Of a stretch of 64,000 bases of DNA, positions 23,674 through 33,865 are shown piece by piece (position 1 is the first letter of the stretch; each line of letters begins with the position of its first letter). Source of the stretch: Candidatus Parcubacteria bacterium (GTDB taxonomy: Bacteria; Patescibacteriota; Minisyncoccia; UBA6257; 2-01-FULL-56-20); contig DAIDJL010000002.1 of NCBI GenBank assembly GCA_027450205.1, positions 93,758 through 157,757 on the forward strand, in the 5' to 3' direction. A model generated the notes under the pieces. The model was not told the DNA's origin and ran no database searches. It saw only the letters and a program-made list of their open reading frames with translations. Position numbers and translations under genes: made by a program.

Positions 23674-26600
23674 CTACACCTTTCGTATCGCCACCCACGC
23701 TTCCTCGCCATTGATCTTTGTCGCTTCCTCCGCGGTAAACTTATCGGAGCGGGCATAGAGCGTCTCGGTCGTACCGGTTGTCATTTTGAACGCTTCCTCA
23801 TTGGAAGCGATCGCATTTTTTACTTCCATCGGCAACTCCATCATCGCAATGATCTTATCCTTCGACTGAAGTCCGGCCTTCTGCCGCAACTCCTGGAACA
23901 TGCGCGCCACCTCGCGTACCAATCCTTCCTCGCGAAGCGCGGGCGTGATCTCGGTATCGAGCTCGACTTCGTTCGCCAGCTCCGGCACAAAAACGATCTC
24001 CTTCACATTGATCTCGCTCTTTAATATGTCGAGCAGGCCCGCGGCCCGCACCGTCGCTTCCGCGCCGCGCACGGAAAGCTTCGCGAGCGGCTGGCGCACT
24101 TTTATCTTCGCCGCCGCGCGAGCGGCGAGACCCAGGCTCGCGAGGCGCCGGATCTCCGCCATGCTCTCCAGCAATTCCTTGCGCTCTTTTTCGCCAAGCG
24201 AGAACTCAGCCTTCGGCCACGATTCCAGATGCACCGAACCGGCGCCATCCGCAGGCGCGAGCTCAAGATAGATCGCCTCGGCGAGAAATGGCATGAATGG
24301 TGCGATCGTTCTGCTTACCGCGAGCAGGGTCCCGCGCATCGTCTCGAAGAACGCGGCATCCTTGCGCTTGCGCGAGCGTCGCAGATACCACGTCGAAAGA
24401 TCGTCCACGTATTCCTGGATCGCGCGCGTGGCGCGAACCGTGTCGTATGCGTCGAGCGACACGGTCACCGTTTCCACGAGTTCGCCGGTGCGCGTGCGGA
24501 TCCAAAGATCGAGCAGGTTGCCTTCGGCGCCATCGCCGGCCTCCCCGGCGCCATTTGCCGCTCCGGCAAAATTTTCCACGATCTCATCGTTCCGATACGT
24601 CGCGTAATATTTATAGACGTTCAAAAGCAGCGAACCCACCTTCCGGTAGACGCCCTCGACGCCCTTCTCGGAAAAACTGAGATTATCCGCCTGCATCACG
24701 GTCGAATTCATCAAATAGAAACGCAGGGCGTCAGCGCCGAATTTATCGATGAGCAATTTTGGATCGGGGAAATTGTTCTTTGACTTGCTCATTTTAGAAC
24801 CATCCTCGGCGAGGATCGTTCCCGTCGTAACCACGTTCTCGAACGGCGCATGACCGAACAAAATGTACGACACGACATGCGAAAGATAGAACCACGCGCG
24901 CGTCTGTGCGATATACTCCGCCACGAATTGCGCGGGGAAATGGTGCTTGAACTCCTTCTCGTTTTCGAACGGATAATGGTATTCGGCGAACGGCATGGAG
25001 CCCGCCTCGATCCAGGAATCGAAGATCTCCGTCGTACGGCGCATGGCGCCGCCGCACTTCGTGCACGGGAACGTGACGTCATCGATGTACGGCCGGTGGA
25101 GATCCGCCTCGCCGCTGTCGTTGCGCGGCACTGCTTTGACATCCAGCTTGCGGATCTCGGCAAAACCGATGAAATCCGGACCGCGCTTTTCCTTTTCTTC
25201 CGTCGCACGCTTCTCGCTCCACGCCTCCGCGGAATGCGTCAGCATCCAGATCGGATATTCATGCGAAACAAGCAGGATATTTTTCCCTTCATATTTTTCC
25301 TCGCACTCCTTCAAAAATCCCCACATGCGCGCGCGGAGATCACGCAGGGACTCCCCGCCCTCCGGGGGATTCGAAAAACGTTCCGCGTACGTCGGGAATA
25401 ACTGCGCATACTTTTCATCTTGATAACCGGTGAGCGTCGGCCCGAGATGGATCTCCTCCAGGCGTGCATCAACCAACTCTTTCTCTCCGGTCAAGACCGT
25501 TGCGACGATATGCTCCGTGTCCTTCGTACGCGTGATATCCGAAGCGATGACGATATCGATCTTCTTGTGTTCTTTCGCCAGTTCCTTTTTGAACTTCTCC
25601 GCCGAAGCGAGCACCTGCTCCTTGCCGCGGGGGGTAAGATGCAGATATTTCCGCTGTCCGGAATCCATGATATCGAACATATTGCTCTCCGCTTCGCCGT
25701 GGCGCATCACCCAATAATTGTTACGCGAGCCACCCGCTTTTTCGGAAAGCTCTTCCATGCTCCCTACCACCTCCACGTGATCGCATCCTTCGCACTTCCA
25801 CACCGGCACCGGATTGCCCCAGTAGCGGTTGCGCGAGATGTTCCAGTCCGGTGCGGCCTCCACGCTCTTTTGATACCGGCCATTTTTGAGATGCTCCGGG
25901 AACCAGTTCATTTCTTTTTGGTTCGAATCAAGCAACCCTTGTTTTATCTTTTGAATGTTCACGAACCACGCCGGAATGGCATTGTAGAAAAGCGCGGTGC
26001 CGCACCGCCAGCAATGCGGATACGAGTGGGTATATTTTTCCTTTTTGAAAAGCAGCCCGCGCTTTTCCAGATCTTCCATCACCAGCTTGTCCGCCTTTTT
26101 AAAGTACTGCCCGCGCAAAAACTCCGGCGCCTTGTCGTTGAACAGGCCGCGGTCGTCGAGCATCGGCACCACCGGCAACCCCACCTTTACGCCCAGCGCA
26201 TAGTCATCCTCGCCGTACACGACGGCCGTATGTACGATACCCGTACCGTCCTCGGTCGTCACAAAATCTGCCGGATACACTTTGTACGATTTCTCCGACC
26301 GCATCGCGGACACCTCAAAGAGCGGCTCGTACTCAAGGCCGACGAGATTCGATCCTTTTATATCTTCGTGCACGATCTCGATCTCCTGATCGCCAAAAAC
26401 TTTTTTGACGAGATCACTTGCAACAATATAAAGCCCCTCGGCGTCTTTAAGCCGAAGTGCGGTATATGCCATTTTCTCCCCCACCGCCAATGCAACGTTT
26501 CCCGGCAGTGTCCACGGTGTCGTAGTCCAAGCGATCAGATATGCGGTGTCTTTTGTTGTATAGTCGCCAAATTTCTGGCCAGCTTTGAGATGAAACTTCA

Positions 26601-27252
26601 CATACACCGACTCCTCCGTCACGTCCTTATAGCTGTTGTCCATCGCCACCTCAAAATTGGAGAGCGGCGTTTCGCAGCGCGGGCAGTACAAAAGCACCTT
26701 GCGGCCCTCGTAGATCAGGTCCTTGTCGAACATCTGTTTAAATCCCCACCACACCGATTCCATGAAATCGGTGTCGAGCGTCTTATACGAGTTGTCGAAA
26801 TCAACCCAGCGCGCGATGCGGCGGACCATCTGTCGCCACTCGGAGACGTACATGAGCACCATGCTTCGGCATGTCTCATTGAACTTCTTGATGCCGATCT
26901 CTTCGATCTGTTTTTTGCCGGAGATGCCAAGCTTGCGCTCCACGACCTCCTCGATCGGCAACCCGTGACAGTCCCATCCCCACCGGCGGCGCACAAAGCG
27001 GCCGTTCATGGTCTGGTAACGCGGCACGACATCTTTTATGGTGGACGCCAAGAGGTGCCCGTAGTGCGGAAGTCCCGTGGCGAACGGCGGGCCGTCATAG
27101 AACGTGAACGGCTTTCCATCTGCCGTCTGCCCAAGGCTCTTTTCAAAAGTTTTATGCTCATCCCAAAACGCGAGCATTTTTTCTTCCATCTCTGGAAGCG
27201 TCACCTCGCCTTCGAGAAAATGCGGCATATGATGGGGTGTTTCCTTTGCCAT
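23674..27252 (-). CDS. ileS: Isoleucine--tRNA ligase (type 2) with an inserted histidine phosphatase domain
   Basis: DGPPFATGLPHYGH, GWDCHGLP, WTTTPWT, WNISRNRYWG and KMSKS, plus an internal RHG domain. Confidence 0.95.
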   Translation of the reverse strand: MAKETPHHMPHFLEGEVTLPEMEEKMLAFWDEHKTFEKSLGQTADGKPFTFYDGPPFATGLPHYGHLLASTIKDVVPRYQTMNGRFVRRRWGWDCHGLPIEEVVERKLGISGKKQIEEIGIKKFNETCRSMVLMYVSEWRQMVRRIARWVDFDNSYKTLDTDFMESVWWGFKQMFDKDLIYEGRKVLLYCPRCETPLSNFEVAMDNSYKDVTEESVYVKFHLKAGQKFGDYTTKDTAYLIAWTTTPWTLPGNVALAVGEKMAYTALRLKDAEGLYIVASDLVKKVFGDQEIEIVHEDIKGSNLVGLEYEPLFEVSAMRSEKSYKVYPADFVTTEDGTGIVHTAVVYGEDDYALGVKVGLPVVPMLDDRGLFNDKAPEFLRGQYFKKADKLVMEDLEKRGLLFKKEKYTHSYPHCWRCGTALFYNAIPAWFVNIQKIKQGLLDSNQKEMNWFPEHLKNGRYQKSVEAAPDWNISRNRYWGNPVPVWKCEGCDHVEVVGSMEELSEKAGGSRNNYWVMRHGEAESNMFDIMDSGQRKYLHLTPRGKEQVLASAEKFKKELAKEHKKIDIVIASDITRTKDTEHIVATVLTGEKELVDARLEEIHLGPTLTGYQDEKYAQLFPTYAERFSNPPEGGESLRDLRARMWGFLKECEEKYEGKNILLVSHEYPIWMLTHSAEAWSEKRATEEKEKRGPDFIGFAEIRKLDVKAVPRNDSGEADLHRPYIDDVTFPCTKCGGAMRRTTEIFDSWIEAGSMPFAEYHYPFENEKEFKHHFPAQFVAEYIAQTRAWFYLSHVVSYILFGHAPFENVVTTGTILAEDGSKMSKSKNNFPDPKLLIDKFGADALRFYLMNSTVMQADNLSFSEKGVEGVYRKVGSLLLNVYKYYATYRNDEIVENFAGAANGAGEAGDGAEGNLLDLWIRTRTGELVETVTVSLDAYDTVRATRAIQEYVDDLSTWYLRRSRKRKDAAFFETMRGTLLAVSRTIAPFMPFLAEAIYLELAPADGAGSVHLESWPKAEFSLGEKERKELLESMAEIRRLASLGLAARAAAKIKVRQPLAKLSVRGAEATVRAAGLLDILKSEINVKEIVFVPELANEVELDTEITPALREEGLVREVARMFQELRQKAGLQSKDKIIAMMELPMEVKNAIASNEEAFKMTTGTTETLYARSDKFTAEEATKINGEEAWVAIRKV

Positions 27253-27352
27253 CCCTATAAAATAGCAGGTTTTTGATGATTTATAAAGAAAACGGGCTCC
27301 CTGTTTGGAACAGAGAGCCCTCGATCGTTCATCGATCTATCGGACGGAACAT

Positions 27353-27652
27353 CTATCTCTTTCTGCGTGCGGGAAGCAGAAGCAGCTCGGGAAGAAGGTA
27401 ATGCCGTCCGGGGTTATCGCTCGAGGCGATCGCAATGTGCAATCCGGGACGTTTCCTGCTGACCCTCAGCCCTGGCACGGTATGCCAGCGGGTGCTCAAC
27501 TCCAATACGGACGGTTCTTTCAGCGGAAGAACGAATGCCCCTTTGGGGAAAATATTTTTCCCCACCCGGACAAATTTCGTTCCCACGCTGATCTGCGCCT
27601 CCTGCCTGAGGACAAGCTTCGTCGGCGCCGTTGCTTCGGTTACTATGGCCAT
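27353..27652 (-). CDS. Hypothetical protein
   Basis: 99-aa ORF filling the argS-ileS gap, followed by a hairpin at about 27294-27320. Confidence 0.45.
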   Translation of the reverse strand: MAIVTEATAPTKLVLRQEAQISVGTKFVRVGKNIFPKGAFVLPLKEPSVLELSTRWHTVPGLRVSRKRPGLHIAIASSDNPGRHYLLPELLLLPARRKR

Positions 27653-27707
27653 TTCTCGCTCCGCGGCGGGGAAAACCCACCGAACTGCGAAGAGCATACC
27701 TTAAATG

Positions 27708-29420
27708 CTAGATTTTTTCAAGCGTCTTTATACCAAGCAATCCAAGTCCTTTTTGCAAAACCCGCGCCGCAGTGGCAATGAGCAACAGCCGTGCGTCGCG
27801 GCGCGCGATATCTTCGTCCTTCAATATCGGCGTCGTCTCGTAAAATTTATTCGCAGCTACGGCAAGCTTGTAGAGATACACGGCAAGCGTACTCGTGGAA
27901 TACAGCTCGCCCGCGCGCTCCACGACGTCGGGGAACTCGAACAGTTTCCGCATCAGCGCAAGCTCGGCGGCCCGCTCGAGCAACGACGCGTTTATCGCGC
28001 CCGGACGAAGCCGCAGAGACGAGGCCTTTGACTTGCGCAAAATGCTTTTCAGCCGCGCATAGGTGTATTGCAAATATGGCCCGCTGTCGCCGGAAAAATC
28101 CAGCATCTTCTCCCAGTTGAAAACGATATCCGTGGTGCGATTCTCTTTAAGATCGTTATATTTGAGCGCACCCATCGCCACTACGAAGGCGATCTCACGT
28201 TTTTTGTCCGGCGGGAGATCCGGGTTTTTCGCCTCTATGACCTCGCGCGCCTTGACGACCGCATCATCAAGAAGGCCCTCGAGCATCTCCGCGGTCCCTT
28301 CGCGCGTAGAAAGCTTCTTCCCGCCTTCGCCGAGTACCAAGCCGTATTTTATGTGCTTCAGCTCAGCGACATCGCCCAGCCCGAGCTTTTTCGCCACCGC
28401 AAAAAGCTGTTCGAATGCAAGCGATTGCTCGTTGCCCACCACATATAATATCTTCGCCGGTCTATATTTTTTGAGACGGTAGCGGAGATTCGCGATATCG
28501 CGGGTAAGATACAGGCTCGCGCCGTCGGACTTTCGGATGAGCGCCGGCGGCAATCCGACGTCGTTAAGGTTCACCACGATGGCGCCCTCGCTCTGCTCGG
28601 CGATATTTCTGTCCGTAAGCTCCTTTACCGTAGCCTTCATCTCGCGCTCGAACGACGCCTCCCCCATCCATTCATCAAAATCCACATCGAGAATACGGTA
28701 TATCTTCATGAACTCCTTGAGAGATTCTTTCTTGAACCACTCCCATAATTTCCGGTTCTCACGATCGCCGTCCTCGAGTTTTTTAAACTCCTCCCGTCCG
28801 CGCTTTTCGAGCTCGGGATTCGTCTTCATCTCTGCGTGGAATCGTACATATAATTTTTGCAATTCCTCTATGGGATCCTTCTCCACCAGCTTTTTGTCGC
28901 CCCACATCTTGTATGCGGCGATGAGCTTGCCGAATTGCGTACCCCAGTCGCCGAGGTAGTTCCACCGCACCACGCGGTAGCCGGAAAGCTCGAGGATATT
29001 CGCAAGCGCGGCGCCGATGATCGTCGTGCGCATGTGTCCGACATGCATCTTTTTTGCGATGTTCGGCTGGGAATATTCCACGATCACCGTGCGCCCGCCA
29101 CCGACATTCCCCGCGCCATAGTTTTTATCCGCCGCGACGCGCTTGAACTCGTCCTGCGCCGCCGCATCGCTCACCCAAAAATTGACGAATCCGGGCGCCG
29201 CCGCCTCCACTTTTTGGAAAAACCCGGCGGGCGCTGCGGCGGCTATTTTTGCGGCATATTCCTTTGCAAGTTCGAGCGGCGGAACGCCCTTTATCTTCGC
29301 CTGGCGCAAAGCGATATTGGTCGAATAATGCCCAAAAAGCTCCTCGTCGGGAATGGAGATGTCCACCGGGGCATCGGCGTTCAGTATTTTCCTCACTATT
29401 TCTGAGATTTTTTTGGTCAT
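27708..29420 (-). CDS. argS: Arginine--tRNA ligase
   Basis: EYSQPNIAKKMHVGHMR, GDWGTQFG, KLSTR and GPYLQYTYAR. The start is placed at MTKKI. Confidence 0.96.
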   Translation of the reverse strand: MTKKISEIVRKILNADAPVDISIPDEELFGHYSTNIALRQAKIKGVPPLELAKEYAAKIAAAAPAGFFQKVEAAAPGFVNFWVSDAAAQDEFKRVAADKNYGAGNVGGGRTVIVEYSQPNIAKKMHVGHMRTTIIGAALANILELSGYRVVRWNYLGDWGTQFGKLIAAYKMWGDKKLVEKDPIEELQKLYVRFHAEMKTNPELEKRGREEFKKLEDGDRENRKLWEWFKKESLKEFMKIYRILDVDFDEWMGEASFEREMKATVKELTDRNIAEQSEGAIVVNLNDVGLPPALIRKSDGASLYLTRDIANLRYRLKKYRPAKILYVVGNEQSLAFEQLFAVAKKLGLGDVAELKHIKYGLVLGEGGKKLSTREGTAEMLEGLLDDAVVKAREVIEAKNPDLPPDKKREIAFVVAMGALKYNDLKENRTTDIVFNWEKMLDFSGDSGPYLQYTYARLKSILRKSKASSLRLRPGAINASLLERAAELALMRKLFEFPDVVERAGELYSTSTLAVYLYKLAVAANKFYETTPILKDEDIARRDARLLLIATAARVLQKGLGLLGIKTLEKI

Positions 29421-29454
29421 TGACAAAATAAATATATGAATGCCATAATGCAGG

Positions 29455-29630
29455 CGCAGTGGGCTCCGACCGGAAGCGGCGCGGGTAGCCCCTGCAAAAG
29501 CCTCTGTTCTGAGGCATGTGAGGCGGCATACTCTTGATGCCCACCGGGTCGAGCGGACCTCCCGCAACGCAGCCATGCCAGTGGGGGCAGCGGCTGGCGA
29601 ACGGAGATCTTGCCTTGGGCCCACTGCGTT
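29455..29630 (+). ncRNA. Candidate structured RNA of unknown family
   Basis: Ends pair (CGCAGTGGGC/GCCCACTGCG) with several internal hairpins. TTGACA-N18-CATAAT lies immediately upstream. Confidence 0.4.
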
Positions 29631-29775
29631 TCCTTTCGCTAATTCACTGCTTTTTTACAATTTCCATTGTAACACCTCACAACAGCCCCGCACCATACTT
29701 ATCTCTATATAAAAAATGGTGCGGGGCATTTATACATTTACGGGCAGGATCGGACAATTAAGGTAAAATGAATCC

Positions 29776-30225
29776 ATGGACACATCCACGAACACCATCG
29801 CGGAAAATCGCCGGGCGCGCTTTGACTACGACGTCTCGCAAAAGTACGAAGCAGGCATCGAGCTTAAGGGGTATGAAGTAAAAAGCGCGAAAGGCGGCCG
29901 GTTTCAGGTTGCCGGCGCGCACGTGCTCATCCGCGGCGGAGAGGCATGGCTCGTGAACTCGCACATCCCGCCGTACCAGGCGGGCAACACTCCGTCGGAC
30001 CACGAAGAGGACCGTGCGCGCCGGCTGTTATTGTCAAAGCTGGAAATCAAAGAGTTGCAGGGCGCGCTCGTTGATAAAGCGCAACACCTCATCCCGCTCC
30101 GCGCGTACTTAAAGCACGGCCTGATCAAGATCGAGCTCGGCCTCGGCCGGTCGCGCAAAAAATCGGACAAACGCGAAGCGATCAAAAAACGCGCGCACCA
30201 TCGCGAGATGCGGGGCGGAGAATAA
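29776..30225 (+). CDS. smpB: SsrA-binding protein
   Basis: NRRARFDY, YEAGIEL.G.EVKS, RRLLL and DKREAIK. Confidence 0.97.
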   Translation: MDTSTNTIAENRRARFDYDVSQKYEAGIELKGYEVKSAKGGRFQVAGAHVLIRGGEAWLVNSHIPPYQAGNTPSDHEEDRARRLLLSKLEIKELQGALVDKAQHLIPLRAYLKHGLIKIELGLGRSRKKSDKREAIKKRAHHREMRGGE

Positions 30226-30274
30226 GCAAATTGTCCCGCCGGACGGCCATCTGTCCGAAGATGGGGCGGTTCAC

Positions 30275-31009
30275 TTATTGTCCCGTCGAGGACGCGATCG
30301 CCGCATTCAGTGTTTTTTCGAAATCGCTGAGGCTCGTGGGGTTCGGGATCTGTTTGAGGTTTACGAAAAACGTCGGCGTATGATCGATGGATGCGGCATT
30401 GCCGCCAGCCACATCGGTTTGGATCTTATTCGCCACCGATGTCGCATTGATGTCATTATTGAACTGGCTCACGTTGAGCCCGATCGACTGCGCGTATCCG
30501 TCAAAATACTGGGATGCCACCTGCGCGGGAGTGAGGGCGGTGTTGGTTGACCATTCCGATTGCTTCGTATAAAGCAGATCATGCATCGCCCAATATTTTG
30601 CCGGGCCGCCTTCCAATCCCGCCGCCTCCGCCGCTTCCGCAGAAATGCCCGCGAACGGATGGATGGTATAGAGCGGGAAGTTTCGGAATACGAAAAGCAC
30701 CGTACTGCTGTAATTCTGCACGAGCTGCTTCACGACCGGATAATATTCGCCGCACGCCGGGCATTCAAAATCGCCGTATTCAATGAGCGAAACTTTTGCC
30801 TTTGGATTCCCCTCCGTCCAATCCGCCGGCGTGATGGCGGGCACCACCGTCGCGACGAACCCGTTCGGCGTGGCGCTGCTGCCCGATGATCCGCTGGAGT
30901 ATGCCCCCGCAATGATCACGCCCGCCGTTACCAGTACGATGAATCCCACAATGAACCAGATCGTTGCCTTATTCGCCTGCCCCCGGCGCGCCATAGTGAT
31001 ATTTTGCAT
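30275..31009 (-). CDS. DsbA-like thioredoxin-fold protein
   Basis: N-terminal TM, EYGDFECPAC, RNFPL and HTPTFFVN. Confidence 0.9.
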   Translation of the reverse strand: MQNITMARRGQANKATIWFIVGFIVLVTAGVIIAGAYSSGSSGSSATPNGFVATVVPAITPADWTEGNPKAKVSLIEYGDFECPACGEYYPVVKQLVQNYSSTVLFVFRNFPLYTIHPFAGISAEAAEAAGLEGGPAKYWAMHDLLYTKQSEWSTNTALTPAQVASQYFDGYAQSIGLNVSQFNNDINATSVANKIQTDVAGGNAASIDHTPTFFVNLKQIPNPTSLSDFEKTLNAAIASSTGQ

Positions 31010-31109
31010 AGTCCATATATCTTACCAATTTTTAATAAAAAAGCTAACAAGCGGGCAGGGCGCGCAATAAAAGAAAAACCGCTGCGCATGGTTGTGCGCA
31101 GCGGCCGGA

Positions 31110-32192
31110 TCAGTTCTGAAAATACCTGCGATAGCCGTCATCGCCAAGATAGGGAAGGCGCTTGTCGACCCCATAGATGAAACCGAGAACGATGCCGGCG
31201 TCATTTTCGAGACCGTCAAAGCTTTCGTGGTGATCCATCCAGTACTCCCCAAGCCGGTGCCATACCCCGGCCACCAGGAGCGCTGCGGTCGGACCGACAT
31301 CCATGAAGTTCGGACTGACGATCTCGGCGTTTACCGAGTACGCTTCATCGAGCGTTACGCTCTGGATAAGCCCCCCATCGATGGCTTTCTCGTAGTTGAA
31401 ACCGCCGCCGATGCGCTTGAGCTCCTCGAGCTTTTCCCGAGAGCGGCTTCCGGGAACCTTTTCTTTCCCGGGCATTGACGCGACGCCCCATACTTTCATG
31501 CCGGGGAATGCCGGCCGGAGGAATTCATCCTCTGCCGCGACCGTGGAGCATGTTCCGGTCACTGCCGCCGCGAACGAAAGGTTGCTTCCGATCCAGGTAT
31601 GGTTACGTACATATTCGTACCGCGCCAACCGCGGAAGATCGCGGATGACGTGATCCATCGTCCACTTGTGGCCGAGAACGCTCCCTCTGTGGGTGTATTG
31701 GTCTATCAAGTGAAAGTTCGGTGTACCCACCAGTTCGTATGCGTAATCGGTGCCGGTGGATCCTTCCGGAACCCACAGGATATTCTCCGGGTTCACGCCG
31801 TTCGCCTCGAGCTGATCGATCTTTCCCTTGGGGACAGACCGTTCAATGATCGGACGGAATTCCTTATAGGAGAACATCGGCGCGATCGCCGCCATCATCG
31901 CGGCCCAATTTGCCGATGAAGCTCCGCCAACGATCGTTTCCGGCGTAAACTTCCCCTCCGCTTCGTCCATCAAAGATGCCCTGAGCGCCGGCTGGAGTTT
32001 TCCGTTGAAAACCTCCAGGTCACCGCCGGAAAGGATGCAAATCCTGACCTTTTTTGCAGCCTTCCGCCATGGTTGGGATTTCACAAAAGACGGGGTCGGC
32101 ATCCATTTGAGCGGCGGTAAGCCGTTTTCCACGATGCCAAGCACGTGCTTCCGCATTGCCTTCCTGTCTGCCTCATCCAGTGTTTTTTTCAT
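31110..32192 (-). CDS. Divergent PLP-dependent enzyme, cysteine synthase-like (fold type II)
   Basis: NGKLQPA (aligns with SVKDRPA), ASSANWA, DQYTH...GH, GTCST and VPG. Confidence 0.65.
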   Translation of the reverse strand: MKKTLDEADRKAMRKHVLGIVENGLPPLKWMPTPSFVKSQPWRKAAKKVRICILSGGDLEVFNGKLQPALRASLMDEAEGKFTPETIVGGASSANWAAMMAAIAPMFSYKEFRPIIERSVPKGKIDQLEANGVNPENILWVPEGSTGTDYAYELVGTPNFHLIDQYTHRGSVLGHKWTMDHVIRDLPRLARYEYVRNHTWIGSNLSFAAAVTGTCSTVAAEDEFLRPAFPGMKVWGVASMPGKEKVPGSRSREKLEELKRIGGGFNYEKAIDGGLIQSVTLDEAYSVNAEIVSPNFMDVGPTAALLVAGVWHRLGEYWMDHHESFDGLENDAGIVLGFIYGVDKRLPYLGDDGYRRYFQN

Positions 32193-32268
32193 GATCCCTT
32201 CCTAAAATTTGGAATAGTGCTCCCCATACTATTTACCCAAGGGGTATCGTATGTCAAGAAAAACCCGG

Positions 32269-33069
32269 TCATAGCGATGGATCGTTCTGCTTCCGCACCG
32301 TCACGAACTTCAGCGTGCCCAGCCCCGGCATCGGCGGTTTTTTTATACCGATCTCTTTCTCCCAAAATATGCTGTCATTGAACAGCTCGATGATCCATGG
32401 AAAGTGCGCATCCTGCGAGATGATGATGCCGCCCGGCGGGAGCAACGGATAGAGATAATGGAAGCAGTCGCGCGTGGATTGCACGAGATCGACGTTCACG
32501 CACGCAGCGGCGACCGCCTCACGGAAGCCCGGCATCGTGTCGCTGAAAAATCCTTTGTGGAAATGCGCGCGTGAGGCGTCGCCGTAACGCGCGACGTTGT
32601 TCTTTACCTCTTCGAACGAGACCGCGTGGCTGCCCTTCGGAAAGTGGTGCTCGCGGCCGTAGATGCTTTTGCCGTGCGCCTCGGTATTTTCCGGCATGCC
32701 GGCGAACGAATCGAACACCTCCAGCGGGCGGCCGCATAGCTTCGCCACCAGGCTCAGCTTTGTCGTGCTGCCGCCATGGAACGAACCTGCTTCCACGATC
32801 GCCCCCGGTACTGCGCCGTCCGCTGCGCCGAGATCCAAGATCTGCCGCGAGATCGCGATCATCTCATGCTCGGTGTGCGGGCAATCCACGCAATAGGAAA
32901 TTTTATAAAAGTTCAACACCAGCGCGAGTCGCGCGCCGAACGTTGTCGGCGATTTCGTCCCGCAAAAAATAAATCCAAGCGCCGCAGGAATGTCCTTGGG
33001 TGCGTAATAGATCTTCCTATATATATAGAGGAGCGGCCACTGCTCCTTGAGATATTCACGCAGACTCAT
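32269..33069 (-). CDS. TylF/MycF family O-methyltransferase
   Basis: GAIVEAGSFHGGS, FDSFAGMP, KGFFSDT and GGIII. Confidence 0.85.
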   Translation of the reverse strand: MSLREYLKEQWPLLYIYRKIYYAPKDIPAALGFIFCGTKSPTTFGARLALVLNFYKISYCVDCPHTEHEMIAISRQILDLGAADGAVPGAIVEAGSFHGGSTTKLSLVAKLCGRPLEVFDSFAGMPENTEAHGKSIYGREHHFPKGSHAVSFEEVKNNVARYGDASRAHFHKGFFSDTMPGFREAVAAACVNVDLVQSTRDCFHYLYPLLPPGGIIISQDAHFPWIIELFNDSIFWEKEIGIKKPPMPGLGTLKFVTVRKQNDPSL

Positions 33070-33081
33070 TGTTTTATTGCT

Positions 33082-33807
33082 TTATTCTTTTATTTTCCGC
33101 ACGATCACGAATGGCGTCATTTTGTTCCCCTGCCCCAATGGGTTGTCGAGCAGGATCTCACGCACTGTCTTCTTGTCCAACCCGACACCCCTGCTCACGC
33201 CCAAGACCTGCACGTCAATGTAATTCGCGTCCGCGGTCACGATCGGGATGCCCGTCTCGCGTTCCACGCGCTCGCAATCGCCCTGCGGATCCGGCGGCGG
33301 CAGGACGCCCCACTCGGTGTACGGATACATGTCCTCCGGAATAAATCCGTCGATCTCCGATACGCGATGCCCGGCGACGACCCAGAACCAGCCGCGCTTG
33401 CCGACCAGCTTCCCGACCGCGCCGACCCCGGCGGCAAGGATCATTCGCGGCGCGCCGACGATCTCGATCGCCACCTGCATCTTTTCCGGACGCGACCATG
33501 CGGTCATATTCTTATGCTTCTTAACGCCAAGCGTGATGAACCGCGCAAGCCATCCCACCTTGACGGTTGAGATATGGCGAACCAGATTTTGGGAGATGGA
33601 AACGATCTTTTCCGATACCGCCACCCAATCACCTTCACGATAATGGGGTTTGACGAACTCGTTGACGACATCCGGAAGCCCTTCGCCGAACGCGATCAGG
33701 CGCGGCACTTTGATGGGAAACCGCTCATACGTTACGCCACCCACCGTGATCGTTTCGCCGGGCTGAATGCCCGCCGGACTGTCCGCCGTGTTCTTGAATT
33801 TTGCCAT
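33082..33807 (-). CDS. F420-0:gamma-glutamyl ligase (CofE)-like protein
   Basis: GDWVAVSEKIVSISQ, IDG, LPP.DP, DAN and DNPLGQG...TP. Confidence 0.75.
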   Translation of the reverse strand: MAKFKNTADSPAGIQPGETITVGGVTYERFPIKVPRLIAFGEGLPDVVNEFVKPHYREGDWVAVSEKIVSISQNLVRHISTVKVGWLARFITLGVKKHKNMTAWSRPEKMQVAIEIVGAPRMILAAGVGAVGKLVGKRGWFWVVAGHRVSEIDGFIPEDMYPYTEWGVLPPPDPQGDCERVERETGIPIVTADANYIDVQVLGVSRGVGLDKKTVREILLDNPLGQGNKMTPFVIVRKIKE

Positions 33808-33865
33808 AGGCCTCCATTATATCAACCGCCCCCCGCCAACGCAAAAATATTGCTACAATGATGGC

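Noticed and set aside
29421-29640. T-box leader for argS, or an N-terminal extension of ArgS as in the ORF track
   Set aside because: No T-box (GGTGGNACC) motif on the minus strand, and the extension is not ArgS-like.
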